A stretch of 64,000 bases of DNA from Octopus bimaculoides (taxonomy: Eukaryota), in assembly GCF_001194135.2 (NCBI RefSeq), contig NC_068996.1, positions 50,449,187 through 50,513,186 on the forward strand, read 5' to 3'. The position numbers and the translations under genes are program-made. The notes under the pieces were generated by a model. That model did no database searches and had not been told where the DNA came from. It was given only the letters and a program-made list of their open reading frames with translations. Below are positions 1-13,223 of the stretch, one piece after another. How positions within the stretch are numbered: the stretch's first letter is position 1; each line of letters opens with the position of its first letter.

Positions 1-1275
1 TAATAAAATTAATAATTAACAATTTTGCCAAGTAGTTCAGTATGCAAAAAAACCTTTATCGGTAAACCATTTATAATTATAAATATATAGGGATCAGCAT
101 GAGTTGCCTCACCAACATACTGAAAATTTAGAAATAGCAGTCAAAGAACTACTAATTCTAACTACAATTTTTTATCTAACGGATGGCAATATTTACGGCA
201 CATATATATGTATATATATATATGTATATACACATATATATATATATAGATATATATATATATACACACATACATATATATATCTATAAATAAAACATGA
301 GGATAAAATCTATATAAGATTTTATTGAGTAGCCAGCGTGTGTGTACTTACTGAAGTAGTTTGACTTTAGAGTCCCATTAAAGCGTGTGGCTTTTAAGCA
401 CAGTAATAGCCCTTGATATTATAATATATATATATATATATATGTACTAGAGTAAGCACATAAATGTGAAACAAGGTGAGCAAAAAATAGTACTCAAATA
501 CCAGAGGTAGAGTAATATGCTTTAATAATAAAGTGTGTGTATGTGATGGGCTTCTTTGAGTTTCCATCTCCAGATCCACTTTCAAGGCCTTGGTTGACCC
601 AAAGCTATAGGAGAAGGTACTTGTCCAAGGTGCCACACAGTGGAACTTAACCCAGAACCATGTGGGTGGGAAGCAAACTTCTTACCACAAAGCCATTCAT
701 TTTTAGTCAACATTATATGGTAGAATGTGAGAGCTGGATCTGGCTGGTTTGAACATAGAATAAGTAGAATATTTGAACCAGATATGGCTGATTTAATTGC
801 TAAAGAGTTAAAAAAAAAAGGCTAAGCCTCTTTATACTTAAATGAACTGCAACCACACATGGCTAATACCTTAGAGAAAAGCACAAACAGAACAACATCA
901 ATTTCGTCACTCCTAAAAATCTAGGACCTTAACCACAGTAAAGAAAATCAATATATTTTTTATCTATTTCACTGCTTTCTATGTTAATGATCTTGGGAAA
1001 AGTTATTAATGACACCAACTATTGATTTCTTTTTCTCTTTCTCTAAAGTCAATAAGAACAATTACCCGCTGATGGATACCTCAGATCACAAAAGACAAAG
1101 TAATCGACTCTATTTATTAAAGAGTGCTAATGTGCAAGGTTAGTAGTTGCTGACAGAGAGAGAGGTCACTACAAGAGAGAATGGAAAGTTATTTTTTTAA
1201 TTCTTGCTTAGTGTGTACTTTGTGTGTGTTAATATGTGTGTGTTCAAACAAAGTTTAAATATACATGAACGTGTT

Positions 1276-2258
1276 TTAAGCCTTTTGTTACTGTATTTAT
1301 TTTGAGATGCTCTGTATTTCTTTCAATTACTTTAAATATAACAAAGAATTTAGTAAAATAACTTAGTTATCATTAAGCTAGTGTTAGGAACATAATTTGT
1401 GACTGAGGTTTGGTGGAAGATTTTAATTCAGAACTTATGAAAACAAGACATTTGTATTACAGAACCAGAGCCAGTCTCAGCCAGGTTGGTATCAAAAGGG
1501 TTAAGAATTGTTTCTCTATTATATATATTTTAACCATTTTGTTATCATATTTCTGTTGAGATGTTCTGTGTTTCTTTCAATTAATTTTAAATATAACAAG
1601 GAATTTAGTAAAATAACTTAATTGTTATTAAACTAGTGTTAGGAACATAAATTGTGACTAAGGTTTGGTGGAAGATTATAATTCAGAACTTATGAAAACA
1701 AGACATTTGTATTATAGAGGTAGAGGCAGTTTCAGCTGGGTTGGTATCTAAAGGGTTAAGAATTGTTTCTCTGTTATATATTTTAACCCTTTTGTTACCG
1801 TATTTCTGTTGAGATGTTCTTTCAATTACTTTAAATATAACAAAGAATTTAGTAAAATGACTTAGTTATCATTAAGCTAGTGTTAGGAACATAAATTGTG
1901 ACTAAGGTTTGGTGGAAGATTCTAATTCAAAACTTATGAAAACAAGACATTTGTACTACAGAGCCAGAGGTAGTTTCAGCCGAGTTAGTAACAAAAGGGT
2001 TAAGAATTGTTTCTCTATTATATATATTTTAACCCTTTTCTTACCATATTTCTGTTGAGATGCTCTGTGTTTCTTTCAATTAATTTTAAATATAACAAGG
2101 AATTTAGTAAAATAACTTAGTTATGATTAAGCTAGTGTTAGGAACATAAATTGTGACTAAGGTTTGGTGGAAGATTTTAATTCAGAACTTTTGCAAACAA
2201 GACATTTGTACTACAGAGCCAGAGGCAGTTTCAGCCGGGTTAGTATCTAAAGGGTTAA
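1276..2258. mobile_element. Tandem array of four piggyBac-type MITEs (about 220 bp each) with a shared spacer
   Basis: Each unit reads TTAA-CCCTTTTGTTAC...GTAWCWAAAGGG-TTAA. Units start at 1276, 1530, 1783 and 2029, separated by GAATTGTTTCTCTRTTATATAT. Confidence 0.85.
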
Positions 2259-3089
2259 ATAGCATTTATTTTGGGATATTTCAGTGGGAAAGATATACTG
2301 GACAGAAGAGACTTACAGAAGAAGATAGAATGAATTATTAGAGAGTAAAAGTTAAAAAAAAGAAAACTACTCAAAGTGAAATCAAAGTTGATGAGTTTAT
2401 GAGAAAAAAAAAGTGTTCGTGTTAAATTTGACAGTTTGCATTAAAGGAAAAGAAAACACAATATCACATCCTAAAATAAAAATATTAAAAAAATCAAAAA
2501 TTATTAACTACATTGGGAGAGACAATTTACTCAAAGTCATTCTAAAAATAGACAATCACAGCATCAAAATCTTGAAGTTATGAGTAATCTGAATGCTAAA
2601 CAATCAAGTCTCAGACAAGAAGACTTAAATCCAAGAGGAGTAAATGATCTGATGCAAGCATGTAAAAATAAAACTACAAAAAAGTTAGTGATAATGATGA
2701 TGATGGAATGCTTTAATCTCATTGGTCTGCATGATTTATTTTTTATTGACTGTATTTTACCTTTTTTGAAATATATAAGAAAAAAAGTGATTCATGGTGT
2801 TTTTTTATTCATTTCTATCACATCAGGTTCTCAAGTAAAACAGAAATGTTATGTTTTTCTTTTTGTATAACATGAGTATATTACCAATGAAAATGGTTTT
2901 TCTTGGTCTCCCACTTTGTACCAAAAATAAGCTAGATAGCAGCTTTTCAACAAAGGAGAAGGAATTTGAAAGGGATGAATTGCCCACAGACATACCAAAA
3001 TATGTCTGGTGAATTTATGCAGCCTCCAGACCTCATATTGACTTAAATATTAAATCTAATATAGTTTTCTGTATTTTCATATTGTGAAT

Positions 3090-5350
3090 ATGTTTAGAGG
3101 CTGCATAAATTCACCAGACATATTTTGGTATGTCTGTGGGCAATTCACCTCTTCACATTCCTAGAACAATGTTACTCCTTTGTTGAAGAGCTGCTATTTA
3201 GCTTATCTTGGTTGCAAACTGGGAGACCAGAACAAGCCATTTGCACCTCACAAAGCTTGCAAGAGTTGCATTAGTAAGCTCCAAATGTGATCAGCTGGGA
3301 AACTGAAATATATGCTTTTTGGAGTACCAATGGTATGGCAGGAGCAGACGAACCTCCATGATGACTGCTATTTCTGTATAACTAAAGTAGCTGGATTCAA
3401 CAAAAAGACTAAAGATTGCATAATATAGCCAAATATTCTGTCAGCAATAAGGCCTGTTCCACACTCATGATATTCCTGTACCTGTGTCACCTGTGAGACA
3501 TGGGGAATTTCATCAGAGTTTAATACTAGTGATACTAATGAGATGAAAGTAGACTATGAACCACCAACAAATGATGTTCTCAAATTCTTCAACCAAATTG
3601 AGCTCAATGACTTGGTGAGAAACCTTTACCTTCCAAAAGAAAGAGCACAGTTATTTGGCTCTCAACTGATGAAACACAGGCTTCTAGTTCTGGGGAAAAC
3701 ATTCGCTTGGTATCATTATCATGAAGCAGAATTCTTTGAGAAACAGGATTCTTTAGTTTTCTGTTCAAATATTTCTGGCCTTATTGAAAACATGGAGATG
3801 TTGTACAAAGTGAATGAATGGAGATTCTTCATTGATTCTTCTAACAAGTTTAAAGGTTGTTCTTCTCTACAATGACAACACAGCTTCATCTGTACCAATT
3901 GGCCATAGAATCCAAATGTCAGAAACTTATGAAAATACGAAGACACTAATAACTGCCATCAAGTACCATAATCACAATTTTCTCATTTGTGGTGATTTAA
4001 AAGTCTTCAAGGGGAATAAACTTAGTATTCCTGTTTCCTTTGTCTTTGGAATAGTAGGGTAGACAGCCAGCACTATGAAAAAAGAAAGACTGGCTACCAA
4101 GAACCAATTTCTTACCCAGAAATCACAACATGAAAGCTGTGCTGCTAGTTGACACCAAGAAAATTCAGACTTTTTCTGTTTTGGCTACACCTGTGGAAAT
4201 TTTTAAATTAGTGAAAATTTTAAAATTTGGTGTATTGATGTAATTTTCCATGCTGAACCCCAAAACCTAATTCACTTTTTTCAGAAACATTTTTTAAAAA
4301 AAAGTTTCAGAGGTTTAAAGTTTAATCATTTTTACCCAGTCAGAAAACAGGATTTGGAAGATGTCATTTTGTGTGTCACTGCATGTGTTGTCAACTGTAA
4401 ACAAATAAAATATTGGTGGAATTCTGCTTTATGCATGCCATATAACCCCTTATAACTTTTTTATTTTTTGGAAAGTTTTTGTAAATTTTTATTCTACACA
4501 CAGGAATTCATACAATTATAATTTAAGGACTGTTTAGCTATTATTTTTAGCACATCTCACAACCACCTCATACTTTGTGTGTTTAAGCATTTAAAAAGTA
4601 AAAAAATGATCTCATAGGTAAGCAGCTTGGTAACAGCCTGCCTTGTTACTATGGAAACAGGTACCTATACATCTGTGGCTTTTAATTTGCTAAAATTACC
4701 CAAAATTTGTAAACTTTAAAAGCTATTAACTTTTTATTTATTGATTTATAGAAAAAATGAATTTCATGTCAATGATTAGTATACAAAATTACACCGATAC
4801 ACCAAATTAATTGGAACAAAAATTGGAGAAACTGAAAAGTGGCAGCCAAACAGAAAAGATCCTAAAATTATGCTGTCACCACTCCACATCAAATTAGGGA
4901 TTATGAAAAGTTTTGTTCAAACCCTGACCAAGAATGGAGCTGTTTTCAAGTACCTGGAATTAAAGTTTCTTCGTATAAGTGAAGGCAAACTAAAAGCAGG
5001 AATCTTTGTTGACCCTCAAATTCAGGAATAGATTGGAGGACAAGCATTTTGAGGAAGCATTAGCAGGTGTCAAGGTGAATGCCTGGTTTTCTTTCAAGTA
5101 GATTGTCCAAAACACCTTGGGAAACAGCTGTTCCTCAGAATTTCAAGTTTCCAACAACTCAGGTTTAGAATGAGTGCCAATATGCCCTTTTTGCACTTGC
5201 ATCTTGACTATTTTCTCAAGAATTGCGGAGACCACTGTGAGGAACAAGAAGAGCAGTTCCATCAGGATATTTGCACCAAAGAAACTTGATACCAAGGCAA
5301 ATGGACAGTTACCATGATGGTGGATTACTGATGGTCATGGAAACGTGATG
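3090..5350 (+). mobile_element. Decayed DNA transposase, most like Chapaev3 (CMC superfamily)
   Basis: Motif remnants in order across frameshifts and stops: GCINSPDIFWYVCG, FGVPMVW..NLHDDCYFC, FNQIELNDLVRNL, EWRFFIDSS, ICGDLKV, PLHIKLGIMKSFVQTL, KLKAGIFVDPQI, EEQEEQFHQDI, YQGKW..MMVDY*W. The family assignment is from recall. Confidence 0.75.
4170..4858. mobile_element. Non-autonomous element nested in the transposase remnant
   Basis: Non-coding 689-bp block interrupting ...LVDTKKI / KIMLSPLHIKLG. Imperfect terminal inverted repeats CTTTTTCTGTTTTGGCTAC...GGCAGCCAAACAGAAAAG. No clear TSD. Confidence 0.6.
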
Positions 5351-6304
5351 GTCTGGATGTACAGTACAAGCAGAATTCAAAGGTGTCTTCCTTCCTTTGA
5401 ATTAATATGTCTGATAACAATTAGGAGCATATTTTTTTTTACATTCATTTGATTTGATATCGATTTATGATTCAGTTCATGATGAACATGATTCATTTCA
5501 TGTTAATTTGGAATAAACAAGTTCTTGAAACTAACAGAATATGTTTTTCCATGATCACTTGCTTAAAGTAATAATCTATTAAAAATTCACATTTTTATTT
5601 ATCATTAATTTGTATTTTAATGAAAATCCTTACGTGATAGAGCAAAATGGTTTTGATTTTTTAAAATCAGCAACCCAACAATATGTTAGATCACATCCAT
5701 GAATAAAAATGAAAATAAAAATATTCTCAAATGCAGACAGGTGTTATTGTTTACAATACTGTGTGAAATTATCTATACCACATGCTTCTTTTTATCTAGT
5801 TTGGTATACAGACTCCAACAAAATATTGCCCTGAAGAAAAGATTACTGCACAAAAGGAGCTTCTGTTGTTGTTGGTTAGCTTAAGTCAGCCCTGAAGGAG
5901 TGAACAAAGATCAGTCAGTCATTTTAGTGCATTGAAGACCATATTGTGCAATGTATCCATTCTTTCTTTAAATCAGTAGGGGATAATTTGAGGGATATTT
6001 TCCAGTTACATTGAGCCAATTTAGAGACCAGGGGATGTGGGATGGGAACTTTGTTTATATGTTTAGAATAGGTAATGGTAATGTTGTTAAATACTTATTT
6101 CTTGGAGTTATACTGAAATTATTTGTATAATTCTTTTTTTTATGTGTCATAATTTTTTTTATCTTTAGAATTTTTTCTTTTAGTTTTTTTTTTTCCTTAT
6201 CAATGAAAGTACCCCACAAGTAACCCTAAACCATCCAGTATGGAGAAAGCTTATCAAGTCATGCCAAAGTCATGGACAGTCATAGTCACTAAGTCTCACT
6301 GCAC

Positions 6305-6503
6305 TTGTTGTTGTTGTTGTTGTTGTTGTTGGCACTCCGTCGCTTACGACGACGAGGGTTCCAGTTGATCCGACCAATGGAACAGCCTGCTCGTGAAATT
6401 AACGTGCAAGTGGCTGAGCACTCCACAGGCACATGTATCCTTAACATAGTTCTCAGGGAGATTCAGCATAATACAGAGTGTGACAAGGCTGACCCTTTGA
6501 AAT
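6305..6503 (-). mobile_element. SINE 3' fragment with (AAC)n tail
   Basis: (TTG)n followed by CGTCGCTTACGACGACGAGGGTTCCAGTTGATCC..., a recurrent octopus SINE 3' end (recalled). Confidence 0.65.
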
Positions 6504-6613
6504 CTGACCCTTTGAAAGCTGACCCTTTGAAATCTGACCCTTTGAAATCTGACCCTTTGAAATCTGACCCTTTGAAGTCTGACCCTTTGAAATCTGACCC
6601 TTTGAAGTCTGAC
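6489..6613. repeat. 15-bp minisatellite (CTGACCCTTTGAAAT) x8.3
   Basis: Eight full units at 6489-6608 with AAT/AAG/AGT end variants. This produces the DPLKS-repeat ORFs. Confidence 0.97.
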
Positions 6614-6769
6614 TGCAGATAACACTTAACAGGATAATCTGAATCTGAAGGGTCAAAATGCTAAAGCATGGATTTTTAGCTTTGAATTTATTATTGCAAG
6701 TAGCCTGACTATGTTTCTTTGAACTTGTCACCACAAGAATTATATATACATCATCATCGTAATTGAACC

Positions 6770-7244
6770 ATACTCGATGACTGGCATCTACGCCAGTGGA
6801 GCACTAACAGCACTGTCCGAGCGTGTTCATTGCCAGAGCAGCTGTCTGGCTTCCGTGCTAGTGGCCCATAAATAGCACCATTTGAGCATAATCATTACCA
6901 GCATTGCCTCTAGCATTTGTGCTGGTGGCACGTTAGAAAATCATTTGAGCGAGGTCGTTGCCAGTACCACTGGACTGGCTCCTGTGCAGGTGGCACATAA
7001 AAAACACCATTTGAGCGTGGCCATTGCCAGTACCGTGTGACTGGCCTTCGTGCCGGTGGCACGTAAAAGCACTCACTACACTCTCGGAATGGTTGGCATT
7101 AGGAAGGGCATCCAGCTGTAGAAACTCTGCCAAATCAGACTGGAGCCTGGTGTAGCCATCTGGTTTCACCAGTCCTCAGTCAAATCGTCCAACCCATGCT
7201 AGCATGGAAAGCGGACGTTAAACAATGATGATGATGATGATGAT
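6770..7244 (+). mobile_element. RTE-type LINE 3' end with internal subrepeats and (TGA)n tail
   Basis: Ends ...CCAACCCATGCTAGCATGGAAAGCGGACGTTAAAC(GAT)n. The same terminus recurs more than 12 times in the window. Confidence 0.8.
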
Positions 7245-8190
7245 CGCCTTTTTTATGTCTTTCTTTTTAGTGCTTCAGAGAAGATTCATTTAGATAGATT
7301 TTCTAAGGCTAGATGCTCTTCCAGTCACCAACACTCAGTTGTTTTCATTTAAGGAAAATTTTTTATCTATTCTAGACCTGTGTTTGTAGAAAATTGGAAA
7401 TGAATGATACTACTTGAAAGACAGTGTGTGTTAACAATTACCTCATGATGTCCAGACAAGTGGAACGAAGCTTATTCACACACTAACCTACTTAACTGCA
7501 TATGTATATACATATATATATATATATAATTATAAAATCTGGTAATTAGTCATATATTAATTAATATCGAATAATTATCAGGAGGCCAGCGCATCTAAAG
7601 AATCAAAGAGATTCAGAAATATTATCTGCAATCTCAGGGTATTAAGGTACATTTTAAAAAATAACGTCGACCACTAACGTGGACAGTTAATGCGCTAGAA
7701 ATAGATCACATCTTGTGTCTATTAAGATCGAAATTGTTCTCAACATGAAATATAGCAGCATACCAAAAACGTGAGCGGGCAAGACATTTAAAATCACCTA
7801 AAAAAACATTATTAAACAGGAANNNNNNNNNNCATATATATATATATATAATTATAAAATCTGGTAATTAGTCATATATTAATTAATATATTCGATATTA
7901 ATTAATTAATATTAATTAATTAATTAATATCGAATATATTAATTAATATATGACTAATTACCAGATTTTATAATAATATTTTACCCATTACTCATGTTCT
8001 CATACTGAATATATAAGTCGCAGTAAATATTAAGAGTTATCTTGAAGTGTTTGTGGGGAAAGTGTGCATTATTAAGTGTGGTGCTTCTGTGGGGATGGGG
8101 TGCGTGATATGTGTAGTGGTGTCAAGTGCATAATTTTTTCCAGGTGTGTAGGTATATATAGTTGTGTCCATTAGGGACCTGTGATTGCAG

Positions 8191-8520
8191 TCATGGTGGG
8201 GTGCACGGGTATGATAAGATGTGCTTCCTTTCATGTGGGTAAGGATTAAACACCTTACTCCTGCTATTTAGGTAAATATCCAGGCGTTGGGTATCCTTTA
8301 AAATTGCTCTCTTCTCAACCAGGCACAACTTCCACTTCCTGCTGCTATTGAAATGCAGTTTGCATTTCTCCAGGATCTTCCACTTTATGCTGTATCCTGT
8401 GGCGCTTTCTTTCAAAGACCAAACATGATGGATATATGATGCAGTACATTTTGGATAATATACCCACTCTGTTGACAGATAAACGAGTGCATCTTCTCCT
8501 TGACATATGGACTCTTAGAT
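8191..8520 (-). mobile_element. Penelope-like element, GIY-YIG C-terminal remnant
   Basis: Minus-strand translation HVWSLKESATGYSIKWKILEKC...KWKLCLVEKRAIL...LNSRSK resembles the PLE endonuclease tail (IW.LK...Y.IKW.I...C.LC..EK..I...LN.RSE). Confidence 0.65.
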
Positions 8521-8558
8521 GACTTGTGTATAAATATATATATATATATATATATAAC

Positions 8559-8617
<59 letters not shown>

Positions 8618-8812
8618 TTAGGGAATAAATTCCAAAACTTACAGGGAAAAATTCAATTTAGCAATACTAAATCAAATTTCCCAGTATAAAATATATGTAT
8701 ATAATTTAGAGAAAAACCACTATTAAATAATTCAGTAAAGAAGAATTTAATTCATTCAATTTAATTCTTCTTTATTGAATTATATAGTAGTGGTTTTTCT
8801 CTAAATTATATA

Positions 8813-9000
8813 TCATCATCATCATCAACGTTTAACGTCCGCTTTCCATGCTAGCATAGGTTGGACGATTTGACTGAGGAGTGGCGAACCAGATGGCTGC
8901 ACCAGGCTCCAATCTGATTTGGCAGAGTTTCTACAGCTGGATGCCCTTCCTAATGCCAACCACTCCGAGAGTGTAGTGGGTGCTTTTACATACCACCAGC
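8813..9000 (-). mobile_element. RTE-type LINE 3' end
   Basis: (CAT)n-TTTAACGTCCGCTTTCCATGCTAGC...CAGCTGGATGCCCTTCCTAATGCCAAC. Confidence 0.8.
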
Positions 9001-9003
9001 ACA

Positions 9004-9071
<68 letters not shown>

Positions 9072-9164
9072 CAAATTTACAAAAAACAAAAGACAAAGAC
9101 AGGTGAAGGAACAACAAGCAGGTGTATTAGTTTAATGCACATGAAGAATGGAAAAGTCTTTATG

Positions 9165-10379
9165 CAGGGTATTTCAGATAAATTGAGACCAATTTTAAAT
9201 AGTTGACTTCCTGGGTTTAACATTTCAGTTTATAACAAAACTTGCTTGCTTGAAAATCTAATCCTCCTCTTTATTTTTCTGGTAAATAGTGAACCGATTC
9301 AACAACAGAATCATTTGACCATTGTTGTTTTGACACACACTGAGCACACTGCCAATAAAATGAAGTTGAAGAAACTTCCTGGAGCAACAGCTTATTGTGT
9401 TTATAAACAATTTAAAGGAGTGGGAAAGGTTGATAGAAAAGAACACAAGACTCAAAGTGATTTCAAATGCAATCCAAAGTTTCTTGCTGGCCTCAAACAC
9501 TTGATTGAAGCCAATCCATCCGCATCCATGACAATTCTTGCAAAGAAATGTAATGCGTCCCTTTCCACGATGTCCAGAGCTGTGAACAGGAATCTTAGCA
9601 TGACTAGCTATGTTCGATGACACACCTTCTAACAACCAAGGCCAAAGCAATCAGAGTATCAAGAGATGCCCAAAGTTTTTGTCATACATCAAGCATCAAG
9701 GTGCAGGAAAAACTTGTGTTTGTAGACGAGAAGTTCATTGTGAATGCTGAGGTGAATCACAGAAATTATTGAAGGATTGCACTCAACCTTTCTGACACCC
9801 CGCTGTGTTTGAGACTAAGAATCCTGTATTTGGAGCTGTGGTGAGTGATGGAAATGTCATGGATCCACACTTCATTGAGTCTGGCTTCAAGATCAGTACA
9901 AAATAGTATTTGGACATCTTTGTTACCTTGAATGGAGCAGAAGTTTGGGTTTGACAATGTGGTGCTTATCCAGGATTCTGCACCATGCCATGGTTCAAAA
10001 GTAACACAAGCCTTCCCTGGTGAGAAGGTGCTGTCTTTTTGTGAGGGTCAACATCTGGCCCAGTAATAGCCCCGATTTAAACCTTCTCAATAACTTTTTA
10101 CAGGACATCAAGCAAGGACCAATGCTTTACCTCACTCGAGGGTCAACAGTTTGAAGATCTGCATCATACATGCAACATGCAAAATCAAAAAGGTGGAGGT
10201 TGCAGCAACTGTAAAATAATTTTGTTCTCATGTGGAGGCAGCAATTGCCCGAAAGGATGGCTGTATAGAGTGATAAATGTTTTTGTTGTAACAAATGTTA
10301 CGTTAAATTTATATCCTGTCTACTACCATTATTTAGTTTTATGCATTGTAAAAATTGTCTCAATTTAAGTGCAAGACTG
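9165..10379 (+). mobile_element. Decayed Tc1/mariner element, maT (DD37D)-like
   Basis: HTH region ATAYCVYKQFK...LIEANPSASMTILAK...TMSRAVNRNLSMTSY, then DEKF, GAVVSDG, QDSAPCH and WPSNSPDLN in broken frames. Ends CAGGGTATTTCAGATAAATTGAGACC and GTCTCAATTTAAGTGCAAGACTG|TA share an inverted AAATTGAGAC. Confidence 0.85.
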
Positions 10380-10942
10380 TATATATTTAAATATGTATAC
10401 TTCATTTTTGTATCTCATTGTATCTCTACAAGATTCTTTATGTGAATTTGTGTGTTGAAACAAATTTTGTTGTGTCTGGGTAGTCATACTGCCTTAATGC
10501 CATAAGATGTAAAACACTGGTTCAATTCCCACTCATTTATTATTTATATTTCTTTTCTTCCAAAATTTTTTGTTGCTCTTGCAACTGTTGTCAAAGCATG
10601 TTGACTCTGTCCATTATTGGAGCTGCATTCCTTTTTGTCTGTGCACATGTGTGTGTGTCAGTGTGCATGTGTATGCACATGTGTAAGTATGTATGTGTGT
10701 GTGTATGCATGTATGTAGGTATGCGTGTATGTATATAATCTGCATATTCATGTGTTTGTGTGTGTACTTGTGTATTTGTGTGTATGTGTGTATTTGTGTG
10801 TGTACCTCTGTCTCCTTGTGTGTGTTTGAGTGTGTCTATGTGTATGAATTTGTGTGGCTATGTACTTGTGTTGGTTATGTATGAGTGAATATCTCCATGT
10901 CTTTGTATGCGTGTGTGTATAGTCATGTTTCTGTCTCCTTTT

Positions 10943-10975
<33 letters not shown>

Positions 10976-12019
10976 TGCGTGTTTGTGTGTATGTGTCTGC
11001 TTGTCTGTCCGTATTGCCTATGTACCTATCTATCTTCTTACCTATGTATCTATTTATTTACCTACTCCATTTACCTACTCCATTTACCTACTCATATATC
11101 TCCTACATATGTGGAAATCTGTGGGTGTGTTTGCTTGTGGTGTTGTTATCTAAATCCTCCTACGTTGTTTTATCGATTTTGATGAAACTTGATACGCGAG
11201 TAGAACTCATGTCTGGAAAACTCGTGACATATTTAGATTGTTGAAAAAATCGATAATAGGGGTCCTGGAAGGATTCTTATATCTACTGCATATAACTAAT
11301 ATATTATTTCTAAACATCTAAGGAAAATAACTCATTAGCTCCTGAAAGGGATCCTTATATATAGCCAAGGGAAATAACCCATTCATGTTCGTAAATTATT
11401 TCGTATAAATCAAATTGAATATGCTTTTTTCTTAGTATTTCAACTATTTGAGTTACTTTCACAATTTATCCAGTACAACACTTATACAAGTAAATAGTAT
11501 TTTCCTAAACAATAGATCCACTTATTCCGCTTAGTGACTTATTCACGAATATACCAACACTAGCACCACTGAGGGTAATATTCTCTGCAAACGCACAAAA
11601 GATTTTTCAGAGTTATTTACTTTGAATTGTTAGTATCTCATATCTGATTTGCCTGTTGTTACGTAACATGCTTCACGATTTTAGTATACATACCTTATTA
11701 GTATTTCCTCCTAAGATCTATATACTCTGGGAATGCATTAAAGCCCTTTTCAGGGCTACTTTATTTGAATTCTTACTACTGAGTAATTAATTTCATGTTA
11801 TTACATAACTGACTTCACAATTTGGGCATGCATAACTTATTGGGAATTCCTAAAAACAAGATCCTATGTAAGACAGTTCAGTGTTCTCAATAAATGCACA
11901 AAAACCATTTTAAGGGCTACATACTTTGTATTGTTATTACTGGATTAGCAAAACGATTAAGAGAATGGAACCAAGTGATAAGCCCTGCTTTCCCGGGAAT
12001 TACTGGGAACATCAGCTAG

Positions 12020-12088
<69 letters not shown>

Positions 12089-13223
12089 TTATATAATATA
12101 TTCAGAACAATAAGGTAGTCAGAATGTTGGATGATTATATATATTTAAAAAAATTCTTTTTTACATTTTATTTACACTTTTAGCGCTTTCTTCCATTATT
12201 GGAACTGGTTTAAAGTTAGATTTCTTGACTTTTTTATGTATAAAAAATTTGTGGGTTTTGCCAAGCAATGAAAAAGAGTGGCTTTTGTATTGGTATGGTC
12301 ACATTTGTTTGTTTAGTACTTAGTGACCTTTTAGGGTGAGGAAGGAAAAAGAATTTTTGTATTCAAATTGATCAAGGTTCTTAATTGGAAAACCAGATGT
12401 TGTTTTTGACTTTCTTCAAGGTCTCATTTTTTATTCTTTTGTATTCATTAAAGAATAGTTATATGGATGTGGTCAACTCTTTTTGATTGAGATTCTAGAT
12501 GTTTTGAAAGAGTGATTTTTGAGCTCACTATATACCCATACAGCAATTACACACACACACAAGTGTAAAAAGGTTGAATTTAGATTTGTCCTTTAATGTG
12601 AAGGTTTCCAAAAATGATTTCTAATATTGTTTCTTCATATTTTGCTGGTAGTTTACAGGTGTAAGTTTGCGAATATGAAAATAATACTTGTATATGATGT
12701 GTTTTGAATTTATGGTATCAAAATCCCATAAAACTTAACAATTTAGTTAAAAATGGAGAAAAGAAGTTGTTAAAATATATAAGAGAATTTTCATACAGAA
12801 ATGTAAAAATAATGTAAATTCATGATTGAATTGAATTAAATTAAATTAATTAAATAAATTAATTATACATCAATGTACTCTTCAGTGCAAAAAGTATAAA
12901 CAAAATTTTTATAATGAACTTGAGAGAGGAAATAGCAGAACAGAATCAAGGAGATTCATATTCATCCTTATGAGAAAAAGAGATGTGAGTACATGTGAGG
13001 TATTAACTATGACAAAAGGCTATAATGGTTATTTGAAAATATAAGTAAAAGAGGTTTCAGAGACGTTCCCTCTATTGATGAGTAAGGAGATTAGAAATTT
13101 TATATACATACACTTACATACACACACATACATACATACATGCATACATACATACATACATATATATATTAAATATATATTTTTTTATAAAACAAAATTT
13201 TATAAATTATATAGTATCTGTTA

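Noticed and set aside
1276-2258. Repeat-spacer pattern resembling a CRISPR array
   Set aside because: The units are about 220-bp MITEs, the spacers are identical rather than unique, the context is eukaryotic and there are no cas genes.
4644-4657. RFX X-box-like GTTACTATGGAAAC
   Set aside because: Lies inside a transposon fragment about 13 kb from the promoter; nothing supports function.
6305-6734. Repetitive ORFs (DPLKS / RVRFQ / SKGQI repeats)
   Set aside because: All frames are open only because of the 15-bp minisatellite and a SINE; no coding evidence.
10660-11244. Cys/Val/Tyr-rich ORFs (also 38882-39443, 40001-40220 and 63585-63892)
   Set aside because: Translations of (TG)n, (CA)n and (TA)n simple repeats.
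11280-12010. Unrecognised block with a diverged internal duplication of about 140 bp
   Set aside because: No coding signal or defined ends; probably an unclassified repeat that I cannot characterise without a search.
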